This document shows, piece by piece, positions 38,331 to 47,335 of a stretch of 64,000 nt of DNA (the first letter of the stretch is position 1; the number at the start of each line of letters is the position of its first letter). The notes beneath the pieces are model-generated. The model made no database searches. It worked only from the letters and a program-made list of their open reading frames with translations, and had not been told where the DNA came from. A program made the position numbers and the translations under genes. This DNA is from Bdellovibrionales bacterium (GTDB lineage Bacteria > Bdellovibrionota > Bdellovibrionia > Bdellovibrionales > UBA1609), in the NCBI GenBank assembly GCA_050246815.1, contig JBFWVI010000006.1, positions 35,420-99,419 of the forward strand, in the 5' to 3' direction.

Positions 38331-39824
38331 CTATTGCACCAGCTGAACCGCCAGTTGGTCAAATAATGCGCGCGCATCTTCGCTACGACTGGTCCTTCCG
38401 TTGAATAAAAATACGAAGGTCAACTGGCTGCCATCCCCACGGCCGGCAAAGCCTGCCAAACCCGCCACGCCATTGAGTAATCCGGTTTTAGCCCGCACCC
38501 GCCCTTCAGCGGCGGTGCCGCGCATTCTGGACTTGAGCGTGCCATCCACTCCCGCCACGGGAAAAGACGCCAACGCTTCAGCAAAAACCCCGAACTCTTC
38601 GCGAAGCCCTAATAAAACTTGGTTCAAATCTGTGGCTGTGATCTTATTTTCCCGGCTAAAGCCAGAGGGGTTCACCAAGGTGAAGCGGTTGGCGGGGACG
38701 CCATTTGAAATTGCATACTGTCGCACCAATTCGACTCCCGCCCCAAGACTGGCGGGAGTTGATTTTTTTTCTGCGGCTAAGTTTTTAACTAGCATTTCGG
38801 CGACAAAATTATTGGAAAATTTCATCATGTCTTTGACCATATCAGCCACGGGTTTGCTTTCGGCGCGCGCAGCCTGTTTTGCAGTGGCTGGCAAAGCCCC
38901 CACCTTGACCTCGCCGCTCACCGTGATGCCTCGCTGCCTTAAAAATTGCAGCAGCACGCGACCACTCCAACGCTCCGGAGAGCTGATGTTTTTGTAGGCG
39001 ATGAATTCTTTGGCATCCACTGGAATTTGACCGTTGATCCAAATCACATCTTCGCCCCTGGCACCGGTTTTTCGCTCGACACGAATATCTGTCTTGCCAC
39101 GGGCACCGACGGTTTTGACATCGCCTCGCAGCTTCACTTCGTCATTTTCAGGATCCAAGACCACCTGCGCCTGCGCCCCGGCCTTCGCGCCCGGTCGCAC
39201 AAAAATGTTCACCGAATTCCAGTTGAAAGACATGGCGCCAACCGGAGCATCAAAGGCGCGATCGACCCGCTCGGACTGGCGACTGGGATCAGTGCGAATT
39301 TGGTCGAAGCGGGCAGAATCGACGATCACATTGCCCTTGATTTTACGAATTCCGGTACGGGTGAATTCATTGACTAAAAACCACATGGTTTCCGACACGA
39401 ACCCCGGGTCACCGCCTCCTTGCAGAATCAAATCACCGTTCAACTCGTCAGCCACCGTCTCACCGGCGGTCCACAACTTGGTTTCAAGTTTGCGGCTTGG
39501 CCCAAGACCCCGCAAAACCGCCCCCGCGGTGATCACTTTGGTCAAAGAAGCTGGGATCATTTGCTGATCTGAACGGATTTCCCACAACGTTTCTTTCGCC
39601 CCACTTTTGGCAAGGACCACTTTGGCCGCGAACTCTTCGCGATGAAGGCGCGAGGCTTTAAGCAAACGGTCCAATTTTTCGGCTAATTTTTCACTCAACT
39701 TTTCGGTGGCCTTTTCCGCCGCACGGTCGGCGGCTGCCGAACCTGAGGCCAATGCTATCGCCACTCCACCCAATGCCAACCATCGCTTTGCCGACTTCAC
39801 TATCACTCCTTCCGCCCCAAACAA
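38331..39824 (-). CDS. dacB: D-alanyl-D-alanine carboxypeptidase/endopeptidase (PBP4, S13 family)
   Basis: 497 aa. Signal peptide. PASLTKVITAGAVL (SxxK) and RAKTGLLNGVAGLAGF (KTG). Confidence 0.85.
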   Translation of the reverse strand: MFGAEGVIVKSAKRWLALGGVAIALASGSAAADRAAEKATEKLSEKLAEKLDRLLKASRLHREEFAAKVVLAKSGAKETLWEIRSDQQMIPASLTKVITAGAVLRGLGPSRKLETKLWTAGETVADELNGDLILQGGGDPGFVSETMWFLVNEFTRTGIRKIKGNVIVDSARFDQIRTDPSRQSERVDRAFDAPVGAMSFNWNSVNIFVRPGAKAGAQAQVVLDPENDEVKLRGDVKTVGARGKTDIRVERKTGARGEDVIWINGQIPVDAKEFIAYKNISSPERWSGRVLLQFLRQRGITVSGEVKVGALPATAKQAARAESKPVADMVKDMMKFSNNFVAEMLVKNLAAEKKSTPASLGAGVELVRQYAISNGVPANRFTLVNPSGFSRENKITATDLNQVLLGLREEFGVFAEALASFPVAGVDGTLKSRMRGTAAEGRVRAKTGLLNGVAGLAGFAGRGDGSQLTFVFLFNGRTSRSEDARALFDQLAVQLVQ

Positions 39825-39928
39825 ACGAAATCATAACATAAGCCGCGACTCGACCAAAGAGCAGCAACCGTGTGACGCAACATTTCGCCCTTCTTCACCT
39901 TCGGTCGCGCTGCTACACTTTAAAAACG

Positions 39929-40897
39929 ATGAAAAAATATGACTGGCTATATGTGATAGGGGCGGTTTTTGCCGTCTGGGGATTGGATTTTTTCACGAAG
40001 GTTTGGGCTCTTGAAACCATCAGTGATCTTCGCTTTTATGGTCCGTTCGGATTGGTATTGGTGCGCAATCCCGGTGCAATTTTAGGTGCCTTTTCGCATC
40101 TTTCGCCTTTGCTGCGGGTGGTTTCGCTGTCGACTGGCGGGGCTTTTTTAATTTTCATCTATGCTTCGATTCAATACTTACTGCCCCAACGTTCACTGAT
40201 GCTGCGGGCGGGAATGTCGATTCTGTTGGGTGGTATCCTGGGCAATGTCACCGACCGCATTATCGCAGGCTCGGTTGTGGATTTTTTAGTCATCAAATTG
40301 CCCATTCTAAACTGGGTATCACCGGCTTTCAATTTAGCAGACGCGTTCCAATGGATTGGCTACTCGATGGTGGTGATCTCTTTGTTGCGCGAAGGAAACC
40401 AAATTTGGCCTTCTGAAAATGAACGCAAAAAAGTTTGGGTTCTGCCTCGCTTTCAGATTCGCTTCACTTTTGTGATCATGGCCATCGGCTTGGCCTTTGT
40501 GATCATCAGCGGAGTGTTTTCATACACCTATTTGAAGGTCACCATCCGCGATCTTGTGATCGGTCCTTCCGGCGAAACAGAAACCCGTTTTCTGGTGCCC
40601 TTTCTTGAAACCTTCGGGATTGTGGTCTTGGGGTTTTTGTTTATGCTGTTTATCATCGGCAAAATGCTGTCACATCGCATGGCTGGGCCCATTTATGCCT
40701 TTGAGCTGTTTTTAGATGACATCCTGCAGGGCCGTGATCGCCCCCTGCGCCTGAGGGCTGGGGATGATTTTCAGCATTTAGAGGCTTTAGGTGAGCGCGT
40801 GCGGCAAAGGCTCAAATCCAACTTTCAAAACGTGGACTCCAACGTGGCGCAAGAAGAATCCACAACGAACGTTTTGACTGCGGCCTCCGAAAAATAA
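39929..40897 (+). CDS. lspA: Lipoprotein signal peptidase II fused to a C-terminal 2TM + HAMP-like module
   Basis: N-terminal ~165 aa carries LspA motifs: VRNPGAILGAF, GGILGNVTDR, SVVDFL, AFNLADAFQW. The C-terminal ~155 aa has two TMs followed by SHRMAGPIYAFELFLDDILQGRDRPLRLRAGDDFQHLEAL. ATG 39929 (ORF track start 39872). Confidence 0.8.
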   Translation: MKKYDWLYVIGAVFAVWGLDFFTKVWALETISDLRFYGPFGLVLVRNPGAILGAFSHLSPLLRVVSLSTGGAFLIFIYASIQYLLPQRSLMLRAGMSILLGGILGNVTDRIIAGSVVDFLVIKLPILNWVSPAFNLADAFQWIGYSMVVISLLREGNQIWPSENERKKVWVLPRFQIRFTFVIMAIGLAFVIISGVFSYTYLKVTIRDLVIGPSGETETRFLVPFLETFGIVVLGFLFMLFIIGKMLSHRMAGPIYAFELFLDDILQGRDRPLRLRAGDDFQHLEALGERVRQRLKSNFQNVDSNVAQEESTTNVLTAASEK

Positions 40898-40909
40898 ATA
40901 ATTTTTGAT

Positions 40910-41560
40910 ATGCATATCAAACAAACTCTGCTTTGGACCTTTACAGCGATCGTATTAGTGGGGATCGGCGCGGGATTCTGGCAAATGAGCCGCCCGAAGC
41001 TGGCCTACATCGGTCACCCCATGAGCATCCGCGAGATTCAAACCAGCGGTATTGACCGTGAGGGCGCCCCCCAAGACGTGATTGTGTTTGGTGACGGCAC
41101 CACCTTGCGTGAAATTGGTTATGATGTGGTCCACGTCGGCACCATTCAACCCGAAAAGGGCCGGGCGATCTTTTTGTTCAAAGGCTTTAGCTGTCGCGCC
41201 TGCGAGCCCACCATCAGTCTTTGGGTTTACAATTCGGGTGACAAAACCGCAGAGCGCTTCGTCTACCCCGGCCAACATTTTACGGTGAGTGGGGTCGACG
41301 GCAAAGAAGTTCTTGAGCACTCCAGCCAAGCTATCTTTGGCCGCTGCGGAGAAAAAGATCAGCTCTTGCTATTGGCCCAAAAGCAGCGCGATGTGGAGTC
41401 TGACCAATGGAACTTCACCACAACACTCATCTCATTCTCGGCGACCGGTGAAGCCGTCGTGCAAAACACCAACGACAACAGCTTCGAAAAAGTCAAAACC
41501 ATGCTCGACAATCAGGGCTGCCTTGAGATCGAACCCGAAGACAGTCACGATTACATGTAA
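40910..41560 (+). CDS. Hypothetical membrane-anchored protein
   Basis: 216 aa. N-terminal TM (LLWTFTAIVLVGIGAGFW). No family recognised. Confidence 0.55.
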   Translation: MHIKQTLLWTFTAIVLVGIGAGFWQMSRPKLAYIGHPMSIREIQTSGIDREGAPQDVIVFGDGTTLREIGYDVVHVGTIQPEKGRAIFLFKGFSCRACEPTISLWVYNSGDKTAERFVYPGQHFTVSGVDGKEVLEHSSQAIFGRCGEKDQLLLLAQKQRDVESDQWNFTTTLISFSATGEAVVQNTNDNSFEKVKTMLDNQGCLEIEPEDSHDYM

Positions 41561-41642
41561 ATTCTGCCCTGCCGACTTTCATCTTCTTGTCATTAAAACG
41601 TGAGCTTGACCCCTTGAGCACCGCGGCCCCATAACCCCTTTC

Positions 41643-42704
41643 ATGTTGCGCCTTTTTCTTGTTCTCAACTTGGCACTTGCTCAGGCCGCCGTGGCTGAGC
41701 CCGAATCGGGAAACTATCGCCGCTTACGCCCGGTTCAGGATGTCGGTCTTGCCCACCATGACCACAGCCATCCTCATGTTTTAGAGCTGAATTTATCCGG
41801 GGCACAACTCGACCCCAACGGCCTTGCGGCCGAACTGGTTGATGATGCCCATGAAATCAGCCACCACCACGGCGAAAAGCGCGAGTTGAAAGCATTTGTG
41901 CGCAATTGGTTGACACAACTCAACCTGGTGCAAAGCGGACGCGACCTTTTGCGCTGGGTGGATTATCGCACCCATACCAACCCTGCCCTGCAAGAACATA
42001 TAGGAAATTTAGGTGTTTTATTTGGCGCCTCGCACGTCCTGGAGACACTTTCAGGTCCCGTGGGCGCCTTGATCGGCAATCAGGTGGGACTGCCCGAAGC
42101 CGTCAACTGGGCTATTTTGGCTGTGGGTGGAGTCATCTCGATCCCGGGGCTGGATCCTCTGTGCATTGCCTTGGCGGCGGCATACAAAATCAGTCCTGGA
42201 TTTCGCACCCAAATCACACGCGTACGCCTGACCCTGCTTCGTGGTGGCACGGCCCTTGGACGCTTCGCACGCGTGCCACAATTGATGGCCAAATTTGGCC
42301 ACTGGCAAACGGGGCGTGAACGAATTTTAGTGCAGCTGAAAAACAGCGAAGACGGCTTGAGTCTGACTTTGCCCGGCGGCTTTTTGCAATTTCAGATGAA
42401 CCAAAAGCACGTGTGGCTTCACCGCGTGCAGATTCAAAACACTGATGATTTTAAGAAGTCTTGGCAGGATTGGCGCAAACACTTTGATGGCAACACTCGT
42501 CATGCCGTGGATCATGCTTTAGCGGTGCCCGACACCAAAGCGGCTCCCTTTTATGTGAGCCAAGCCGGCCCTGCCGCCCAGGTGGATCTATTTGAAAACA
42601 CTGAGTTCGCCCCGCCCCCCAGTCAAAACTGGAAAATTCTAGATGGCGCCATCCAACCTTGGGGTCGCTGGCAGTGGTGCAACAACCTTTTATCAAGGCA
42701 CTAA
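41643..42704 (+). CDS. Hypothetical secreted/membrane protein with His-rich N-terminal region
   Basis: 353 aa. Signal peptide MLRLFLVLNLALAQAAVA. HHDHSHPH and HEISHHHGEK. Central hydrophobic segments. Confidence 0.55.
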   Translation: MLRLFLVLNLALAQAAVAEPESGNYRRLRPVQDVGLAHHDHSHPHVLELNLSGAQLDPNGLAAELVDDAHEISHHHGEKRELKAFVRNWLTQLNLVQSGRDLLRWVDYRTHTNPALQEHIGNLGVLFGASHVLETLSGPVGALIGNQVGLPEAVNWAILAVGGVISIPGLDPLCIALAAAYKISPGFRTQITRVRLTLLRGGTALGRFARVPQLMAKFGHWQTGRERILVQLKNSEDGLSLTLPGGFLQFQMNQKHVWLHRVQIQNTDDFKKSWQDWRKHFDGNTRHAVDHALAVPDTKAAPFYVSQAGPAAQVDLFENTEFAPPPSQNWKILDGAIQPWGRWQWCNNLLSRH

Positions 42705-43528
42705 ATCACTCGCGCGGCTTGGATTTGCGACACGAAAAAACGTTTGGTTTGTGAGTCGGCGGGCTCGCGTGCCACTAAAAAATCACCGTTTGGATTGCGC
42801 ACAACTCCCAGCGGGATCAATTGGCGCGGCTGGCCCGGGCGCGAGCCCCCGGCATAAATCAACTCCACATGACGCTTTTGCCGAATAGCCGAGACCACGT
42901 TAAGCAGGGCTTCCTTTTCACTTAAGGCCGCGATGGAGTAGTCGGTCCATTTCATTTCGACGCCTTGAAACTTATAAAGATCTTCAAGGCGCACATTTTC
43001 ACCGATGCGGCGAAAGCAGCGCAAAGCGACCTGTAAACACCCTTTGGTGTCATCCAGCGCGCGATGCGCCTGCCCTTGCGGCAAGCCCAAATGCTGCAGC
43101 AAGGTTTGCAGGCGATGATTGGGTGAGGCCGGGAGCGCTTTACGCGAAATCACGGCGGTGCAAAGCGCATCCATCGTTGGTAAATTTAAATTTAAATTTT
43201 CGATCTCCCAAGCCAAAAAGCCCATATCAAAGGGAGCGTGATGCGCGACCGGTACCGCTCCACCTAAAAATTTCAAAAATTCGGGTACGACCTTCTGCAC
43301 CGGCGGCGCATTGGCCACCATGTCATTGGTGATGTGGTGAATCGCAATCACCTCATCACTCATGGGCCGCGTTGGGCGAACTAAGGTTTGATATTCATCA
43401 ACGATTTGGCCGGCCTGCCATTTGATCGCGGCCACTTCACAGATCTCGGCCTCCAGCGGGTACTTGCCCGTCGTTTCCAGATCAAATGCGACAAAAGTGG
43501 CCTCAGCCCAAGGGGTGATGCGTGTCAT
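42701..43528 (-). CDS. DEDDh 3'-5' exonuclease (DnaQ/epsilon-like) with WYL-like C-terminal domain
   Basis: ExoI FDLETTG, ExoII AHHAPFDMGFL, ExoIII HRALDDT. C-terminal HVELIYAGGSRPGQPRQLIPLGVV...DFLVAREPADSQTKRFFVSQI resembles a WYL domain. Confidence 0.75.
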   Translation of the reverse strand: MTRITPWAEATFVAFDLETTGKYPLEAEICEVAAIKWQAGQIVDEYQTLVRPTRPMSDEVIAIHHITNDMVANAPPVQKVVPEFLKFLGGAVPVAHHAPFDMGFLAWEIENLNLNLPTMDALCTAVISRKALPASPNHRLQTLLQHLGLPQGQAHRALDDTKGCLQVALRCFRRIGENVRLEDLYKFQGVEMKWTDYSIAALSEKEALLNVVSAIRQKRHVELIYAGGSRPGQPRQLIPLGVVRNPNGDFLVAREPADSQTKRFFVSQIQAARVI

Positions 43529-43585
43529 GAGCCGCGCACACTAGCATTGGACACGGCCTACTTAAAAGCACTATCCTTTTGGGAT

Positions 43586-44575
43586 ATGCCACTTTTACGT
43601 ATTCTGTGGGCCATGTTGAGAGCGTTTTGGCCCCGCCGCCTCTTTATGATGTTTCGGCGCAAACGCCGAAATCCGTTTAAACCGGTGGTTTTGCTGACCG
43701 GCTGTGGTTCAGGCTTGGGTTTTGCCACTGCGGAGGCCTTGGCCAAGATCGAAGATTACCGGGTGGTCGTTACGGCTCGAGCCCGCTCTTTGGACTTTTT
43801 GCATTCGAAATTTCCCGAATCCGACCGCCTGATCGTGCGCGAATTGGACGTGAACAACGTCGAACAAAGAAGGCGCCTGTGTCAAGAGGTGCTCGAAATG
43901 TGGGGTGGGGTCGACATCCTCGTCAATAATGCAGGTGTCTCTTACCGTGCCGTGGTTGAACATATGAGCGACGCGGATGAACTGCACCAGCTCACCACTA
44001 ATTATTTAGGCCCAATGGGCCTGATCCGTTTAGTCATCGCCCATATGCGCAACAAAGGCCGCGGCAAAATCATCAACATTTCTTCGGTCAGCGGCATGCT
44101 GGCCATGCCGACCATGGCTTCGTACAGCGCCTCGAAACACGCCCTTGAAGGTGCCAGTGAAGCACTTTGGTATGAAATGAAGCCGCTCGGGATTGATGTG
44201 TGTTTGCTGCAGCCGGGATTTATCAATTCGAATTCATTTTTTAATGTGTCCTACACCAAAGCTTCTGAGCGCTCCGAGCACAGTGACGGACTTTACAGTG
44301 ATTACTACAAAAATATGACCCCTTTTGTTGAGCGGATGATGCGAAGGTCGCCCGTCACGCCTGAGACCATCGCGAAACTGGTGATCAAAGTGATTCGCAC
44401 GGAAAATCCGCCGCTTTGGATTCCCGCCACGCCGGATGCCTGGGTGTTTTATTATCTGCGCCGTTGGCTGCCGCGCCGTTGGCTGCTGCCGTTTTTATTT
44501 TACTGTTTACCCAATGCCACCGAGTGGGCGAAAGAATACACCCACCGTCGGGCTTCGAAGGACATGTTCAATTAA
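43586..44575 (+). CDS. Short-chain dehydrogenase/reductase (SDR)
   Basis: VLLTGCGSGLGFA (TGxxxGxG), NNAG, YSASKHALEG (YxxxK). ATG 43586 avoids overlap with the divergent exonuclease gene (ORF track start 43388). Confidence 0.8.
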   Translation: MPLLRILWAMLRAFWPRRLFMMFRRKRRNPFKPVVLLTGCGSGLGFATAEALAKIEDYRVVVTARARSLDFLHSKFPESDRLIVRELDVNNVEQRRRLCQEVLEMWGGVDILVNNAGVSYRAVVEHMSDADELHQLTTNYLGPMGLIRLVIAHMRNKGRGKIINISSVSGMLAMPTMASYSASKHALEGASEALWYEMKPLGIDVCLLQPGFINSNSFFNVSYTKASERSEHSDGLYSDYYKNMTPFVERMMRRSPVTPETIAKLVIKVIRTENPPLWIPATPDAWVFYYLRRWLPRRWLLPFLFYCLPNATEWAKEYTHRRASKDMFN

Positions 44576-44595
44576 ATTGAAGCCAAGTTCAGCCT

Positions 44596-44648
44596 CAGGC
44601 TTCTGGCTACAGGCCACTGGCCTCTGGCTGCGGGTTACACGAAGCCTG
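44596..44648. terminator. Candidate structured element or terminator between convergent SDR and motB genes
   Basis: Outer stem CAGGCTTC (44596-44603) / GAAGCCTG (44641-44648) encloses the hairpin AGGCC-ACT-GGCCT. Followed by TTCGAAATTTTT. Weak. Confidence 0.3.
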
Positions 44649-44658
44649 TTCGAAATTT

Positions 44659-45546
44659 TTACTTCTTGATTGGTTGCGGCTTACGATCGCTGATCTGTTT
44701 GACGAAGTTGTTGTAGACGTTGGCGCCATCGTCTTTGCCGCCGAACATTTCGCCTAACTTTCGGGGTTTGCTGCCGTCGGAAAGCGTGTCCTTTTGTTTG
44801 ATGCGAATGCGGATGAAACCTTCTTGCGGTTTGCCGTCTTTGCCACGCGTGGCTTTGACGCCTTCGGATTTGCCAAAAACGTCCACACTTTCATGTTCGA
44901 GGCTGTGTTGCGCCTTGCCCACGACCAAGTCCAAACGCTTTTCAGAAATTTTGCGCGCCAAATCTTGATCTCCGCCCTTGACGGTGTTGGCGTAGACCCT
45001 CGAATCGACGAACACATTGGCGTCTTCAAGACCTGCGGTGATTCCCGCCAGCTTCTCCATGGCGTCGACAAACTTGGCTCCGGGCTCCGCTGTGCCGGGC
45101 ACAAACAAATTACGCTCAGGGATCTCAATCACGATTTCATCCGAGGTGACGTTCATCTCGGAGGCGAAATCGCCCAACTGATCGGCCATTTCGGCCATAA
45201 CAATGTTTTTTGAACCCATTTGCATGAAGTTCGGGGTGTAATCCATCGGTGTCACAAACGACTGCAAAAACTTCAAGGGCTCATTGACCAAATCAAGAAA
45301 CAATTTTTCTAAAGTCAACTCGACCCCATAGTTCGAAAAATTGTATTCGATGATACTGGGCGTGGAGAAATAATCTGACACTGCTTTTTTGGTCTGGTCC
45401 GATTGACCCAGCAGCCACATCAAAAGAAAGAACGCCATCAACGCCGTCATGAAGTCGGCAAAAGCCACCTTCCATGAGCCACCATGACCGCCGCCGGCGA
45501 CCACCGTGATTTTTTTGATGACTATAATTGGTTCTTTCTCTGCCAC
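44659..45546 (-). CDS. motB: Flagellar motor stator protein MotB
   Basis: 295 aa. GGSWKVAFADFMTALMAFFLLMWLL (conserved Asp in the TM plug region). C-terminal OmpA-like region. Follows motA. Confidence 0.85.
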   Translation of the reverse strand: MAEKEPIIVIKKITVVAGGGHGGSWKVAFADFMTALMAFFLLMWLLGQSDQTKKAVSDYFSTPSIIEYNFSNYGVELTLEKLFLDLVNEPLKFLQSFVTPMDYTPNFMQMGSKNIVMAEMADQLGDFASEMNVTSDEIVIEIPERNLFVPGTAEPGAKFVDAMEKLAGITAGLEDANVFVDSRVYANTVKGGDQDLARKISEKRLDLVVGKAQHSLEHESVDVFGKSEGVKATRGKDGKPQEGFIRIRIKQKDTLSDGSKPRKLGEMFGGKDDGANVYNNFVKQISDRKPQPIKK

Positions 45547-45566
45547 AAACGTCCTTCAATTGCCGC

Positions 45567-46427
45567 TTAAGCGGCTTTTTTCGCTTCTTTAGTTGCCGTG
45601 TCCATTTCGTCAAAGCTGGGGCGTTCAGCCGGGTAAACGCTACGACGGGCAAATTCCACACACACCAGTGGGGGGGCACCACGCTGCAGGGCCACCAATG
45701 CGGCTTTGATCACCGACAGATAACGGCCCTCGGCCTCGATGTCGTTTTTCATTTTAGCGGCGATCGGGCCAATGAAGCCGTAACAGAACAACACACCCAA
45801 AAACGTACCGATCAGGGCGGCCGCAACCAACGAACCGATCTTTTGTGGACCTTGATCCAAATAATCCATGGTGTGCACGATACCCAAAACCGCCGCCACG
45901 ATTCCTAGACCAGGCAGGGCGTCCGACATATTCGAGATCGCATGCTGAGCCGCGTGCTCTTCTTCGTGAGCCACTTTGATGTCTTGATCTAATAGATCGT
46001 CGACGTCGTACTGCGATAAATCGGCGGACAAGGTGATTTTCATGGTGTCGCAAAGAAAATCCACCGCATGGTGATTCTTCAAAAATGCCGGGTATGCTTT
46101 GAAAATCTCAGAGCTGTTGGGTTCTTCGATATGCTTTTCGACCGCTTGCGGGCCGTCCTTACGAAAAATTTGAAACAACTGAAATAGCAACTGTAAAAGT
46201 TCGAGATAATCTTTTTTACCGGGTCCTTTGGAGGTCAACGCGTGCAGCGCTTTACCCACGGCCATTTTGACCGTGCCGACGGGGTTGCCGATAATCAATC
46301 CGCCGATAGCGGCGCCGAAAATAATCATGACTTCAAATGGCTGCCAAACGACGTGCAAATGTCCACCGGCCAACAGGTAGCCGCCGAACACGCAGACGAT
46401 CACAACTAAGATGCCGACAAAACCCAT
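45567..46427 (-). CDS. motA: Flagellar motor stator protein MotA
   Basis: 286 aa, four TMs. ALPGLGIVAAVLGIVHTM and GTFLGVLFCYGFIGPIA. MotA/TolQ/ExbB family, paired with motB. Confidence 0.85.
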   Translation of the reverse strand: MGFVGILVVIVCVFGGYLLAGGHLHVVWQPFEVMIIFGAAIGGLIIGNPVGTVKMAVGKALHALTSKGPGKKDYLELLQLLFQLFQIFRKDGPQAVEKHIEEPNSSEIFKAYPAFLKNHHAVDFLCDTMKITLSADLSQYDVDDLLDQDIKVAHEEEHAAQHAISNMSDALPGLGIVAAVLGIVHTMDYLDQGPQKIGSLVAAALIGTFLGVLFCYGFIGPIAAKMKNDIEAEGRYLSVIKAALVALQRGAPPLVCVEFARRSVYPAERPSFDEMDTATKEAKKAA

Positions 46428-46519
46428 AGTTATACCTCTAGTGTCTTTTCGGAATCGTGGGTTTGAGATGAAGTCCAGCCTGGTCCGGCGCCCATTTTCT
46501 TGCTAAAGGTCTAGTCTCT

Positions 46520-47335
46520 ATGAGCAAGGACCCTTCTTTAAAACATGCTGTTTTGTATTTCCGAGGGCTCAACACCCAAGGTGATGAGCAATTGCGCTTT
46601 GGTCGCCTGGCCCTTGGTCCAATGCATGGCCCATGGCTCGAACAGCTGCACAAACGCCATGTCACGGCCCTGCCCGTTCCAGGGCGCGGCGGCGGCCCAC
46701 TGCAAGAGCAAATCGAAAAGGCGGTGGAAAGCATCCGTCGTCTGCCGCTTTGGCAATCACCTGAGACCCGATTTCATTTTCTAGCCCACTCCACCGGCGG
46801 CCTGGTCGCACGGGCGGCCGTCCATCACTTACGCCAACCCAGCCGCATTCTTTCGGTTGTGACTTTGGCAGCGCCCCACCAAGGATCCTGGTTGGCCGAA
46901 TTGATTCCGTCCGTGCCTGAGCGACGCCCCCGCTTGAACCGCCTTTTGCAATTGATCGACTATCGAATTGAAAAAAAGTTGGCGGCGTTCGCAGACCTCA
47001 CCCCGATGCAAGCCAAACAATTCAATTCGCTTTACCCCGATGTCCCCGGCATTCGCTATGGCTCTGCGATCTTTGCGATCCCAGAAAAAAAACTGAGCTG
47101 GCCTGTGCGTTTTGCCAAACGCATCGTCGATACAAGCGAAGCGCCTATGAGCGACGGTATCGTGGCTTTGGACGCCCAAAACTGGGGTGAGGTGTTTTTC
47201 AAAGGGCAACTGGATCATATGAACCAAATTGGCTACAACTTTAGACTGCTGCCACACGAACGCCTGAAAACCAACCAAGAGTTTTTGCGCCTGGTGGACA
47301 AAGTTGTGGATTTTATGCATCAAAGTGAAAGTTGA
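46520..47335 (+). CDS. Alpha/beta hydrolase, lipase/esterase-like
   Basis: 271 aa. Nucleophile elbow FLAHSTGGLVAR (AHSxG, as in small bacterial lipases). LAAPHQGS. Confidence 0.65.
   Translation: MSKDPSLKHAVLYFRGLNTQGDEQLRFGRLALGPMHGPWLEQLHKRHVTALPVPGRGGGPLQEQIEKAVESIRRLPLWQSPETRFHFLAHSTGGLVARAAVHHLRQPSRILSVVTLAAPHQGSWLAELIPSVPERRPRLNRLLQLIDYRIEKKLAAFADLTPMQAKQFNSLYPDVPGIRYGSAIFAIPEKKLSWPVRFAKRIVDTSEAPMSDGIVALDAQNWGEVFFKGQLDHMNQIGYNFRLLPHERLKTNQEFLRLVDKVVDFMHQSES

Noticed and set aside
36800-47335. Convergent gene pairs whose 3' ends overlap or nearly touch without terminators (36800-36803, 42701-42704, 47313-47335; also 23900/23907)
   Set aside because: This pattern recurs across the window and is consistent with a generally compact genome. 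I see no specific regulatory signal.
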